A stretch of DNA of 63,314 bases, filler included, from Eubacteriales bacterium (GTDB lineage Bacteria > Bacillota > Clostridia > Oscillospirales > CAG-382): the NCBI GenBank assembly GCA_045636665.1. It is 8 parts of 8 records of this genome, joined end to end, with 100 filler letters (N's around TTAATTAATTAA, not from the genome) between each part and the next. Parts side by side here need not be neighbours in the genome. Positions count along the whole stretch, not along the records: positions 60,019 to 63,314 come from JAZTXY010000089.1; 7 more parts are not named here. One strand, 5' to 3'. Under the pieces are notes generated by a model. It was not told the DNA's origin. It ran no database searches and saw only the letters and a program-made list of their open reading frames with translations. A program made the translations under genes and the position numbers. Positions 61,736 through 63,314 of this stretch are shown piece after piece; the stretch's first letter is position 1; every line of letters starts with the position of its first letter.

Positions 61736-62827
61736 TCAGCAAAGCAACAACGAATAAACCGTTTCGCCGCCGTTGACGAAAATTTCCAAAATATATTCAT
61801 CTCGCAGGATTTGAATATCGCTAACTGTCCCTTTGTGAACAAGCGGTTCGCGCAATTCCCTTTCGACAACAAAGCCGTCATCGGTCGGCTTAACCGCCTC
61901 GTCACTGTTTTTAAGCAAATGCTCGACCTCTTTTGCGGGTTTACCGCAAATACGTCCGTTTTCGACAACGATTCTTCGCGGAATCGATAAACACCCAACG
62001 TCCTTCCCTTTTACAAAGCCCGAATAGCGCCAACCGGGAATCCAAGTCATCAAAAGCGGTTCTCCGTCTGCCGAAGCAAACGCCTGACCTGCATATTGGT
62101 CGGGCCCTTTATCAAAGCGATCGGACAGCTCGCAATCGAATTTCCCGTTTTCAAGCGTGCCGATCATTATTTGAAAGAAGTGCGTTTCATTGAGATTGCA
62201 AACCGAGGTCGAAAGCAGGCATTTTTTACCGCCAAGCGGCACGATAGAGGGACATTCGGCATATTTAGCCGCCTCCCACTCGCCCAAAACCGACCGAAAC
62301 TCCCAATTAAGCAAGTCCTCACTGCAGTACAAAAGCAGCCGCGCCGTTTTTGTTTGCGGATGCCCCGAAGCAACCACGCAATAATATATTCCGTCAATAC
62401 AGCACACCGCAGGATCGCGGAAATCGGGTCCACCCTCGGGCGGGAAGGTTGAAATCACAGGGTTTCCGCTGTATTTTTCAAAATTAACGCCGTCCTCGGA
62501 CACCGCAACCGCAACAACCGAAACGGCGGTGATTCCCGCATAAAATAAATAAAGCTTGTCATCCTTCACTATCGCCGTGCCCGACCAGCATCCGCTTTTG
62601 TCATAGGGTGTATCGGGTGTCAACGCTATCGGTAATTCCTCCCATTCAAGGAAATCCTTCGTACGCGCGTGTCCCCAATGCATCGGCTCCTGCCAAGGAA
62701 TCTCGTGATTCGGCGCGTGCTGATAAAACGCGTGGTAATACCCTTTGAAATAAACAAGCCCGTTCGGGTCGTTCATCCACCCCTTTTTCGGTGTGTAGTG
62801 ATATTTAAGCGGTTTTGTGTAGTCCAC
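61736..62827 (-). CDS. GH32 beta-fructofuranosidase/sucrose hydrolase
   Basis: WMNDPNG, WSG, FRDP, ECP; AGGAGG RBS before GTG 62827. Confidence 0.9.
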   Translation of the reverse strand: MDYTKPLKYHYTPKKGWMNDPNGLVYFKGYYHAFYQHAPNHEIPWQEPMHWGHARTKDFLEWEELPIALTPDTPYDKSGCWSGTAIVKDDKLYLFYAGITAVSVVAVAVSEDGVNFEKYSGNPVISTFPPEGGPDFRDPAVCCIDGIYYCVVASGHPQTKTARLLLYCSEDLLNWEFRSVLGEWEAAKYAECPSIVPLGGKKCLLSTSVCNLNETHFFQIMIGTLENGKFDCELSDRFDKGPDQYAGQAFASADGEPLLMTWIPGWRYSGFVKGKDVGCLSIPRRIVVENGRICGKPAKEVEHLLKNSDEAVKPTDDGFVVERELREPLVHKGTVSDIQILRDEYILEIFVNGGETVYSLLLC

Positions 62828-62849
62828 CTTCGCACCTCCTATAAGGCTT

Positions 62850-63314
62850 TCAGCCTTTAATATACCAAGTCGGTATAGGGTTACGCATATTGTCATACCA
62901 AGAAAGAACTTCCTGTGCTTGATTCAGCATCGTATCGATTTCTTTCTGTCCAAACGGAATTGCCCAATATACAGACGATAGAGTATTGCTTGAAATGTAA
63001 AGAGCGAGTAATCTCCAAAATTCCATAGGCACGTTATCGTCAAAATATCCGTTAACCATACCCGAAGCAAAGATGGGTGCTTTTTGAGCACACCAAACTA
63101 TACGATTGAACTCCTCCCAAGGATCACCGTAATCATTTCGGTTGAAATCAATGATATGAAGTTTGCCGCTACGGTCTATCATCATATTCCCAATGTGATA
63201 ATCGCCGTGCTGATACACCTGCGGTCTGTTCTTCAGCAAATGACGGTTATCGTTTATGTAGTCGATAAATGCTTGTCCGTTCTCGTATTTGATGGGACAT
63301 TCGCTGTACCTTTT
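62850..63314 (-). CDS. APH-family phosphotransferase, 5'-truncated
   Basis: HGDYHIGN and IIDF motifs. Confidence 0.8.
   Translation of the reverse strand, partial: KRYSECPIKYENGQAFIDYINDNRHLLKNRPQVYQHGDYHIGNMMIDRSGKLHIIDFNRNDYGDPWEEFNRIVWCAQKAPIFASGMVNGYFDDNVPMEFWRLLALYISSNTLSSVYWAIPFGQKEIDTMLNQAQEVLSWYDNMRNPIPTWYIKG

Noticed and set aside
62850..63314. Aminoglycoside resistance gene
   Set aside because: APH-like fold is widespread and the gene is partial; the substrate cannot be inferred

Overview
About 63 kb from a spore-forming Clostridia-type Firmicute (spo0A, spoIVB, gerA, fhs). It is a draft or MAG pseudo-scaffold of eight contigs joined by artificial 100-bp N/TTAATTAATTAA/N linkers (23379-23478, 39917-40016, 43043-43142, 52965-53064, 54883-54982, 56846-56945, 59919-60018), so gene order across linkers is meaningless. 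Three MGI/DNBSEQ adapter remnants are assembled in. Contig 1 holds most of the interest. (i) A six-gene SipW/TasA-type extracellular fibre cluster: two large subunits share an identical donor strand but carry different beta-helix cargo, and there is a sortase-like anchored subunit, a LysM subunit and conserved intergenic double hairpins. (ii) An oligoendopeptidase F gene. (iii) A co-oriented accessory array that begins with two immunity-like paralogs sharing a 40-bp identical 3' end. (iv) A tRNA-Pro 3'-half att site bordering an island that carries a stand-alone 212-aa cGAS/DncV-like nucleotidyltransferase. The other contigs carry sporulation and housekeeping genes (reduced ger locus, ECF sigma, spoIVB with a Fic-HIT-GNAT insertion before spo0A, rplU, purL end, fhs, soj-spo0J-serS, tgt, pfp), an Lnt homologue unusual for a monoderm Firmicute, and large surface proteins. 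All product calls come from motif recognition by eye; no database searches were run.
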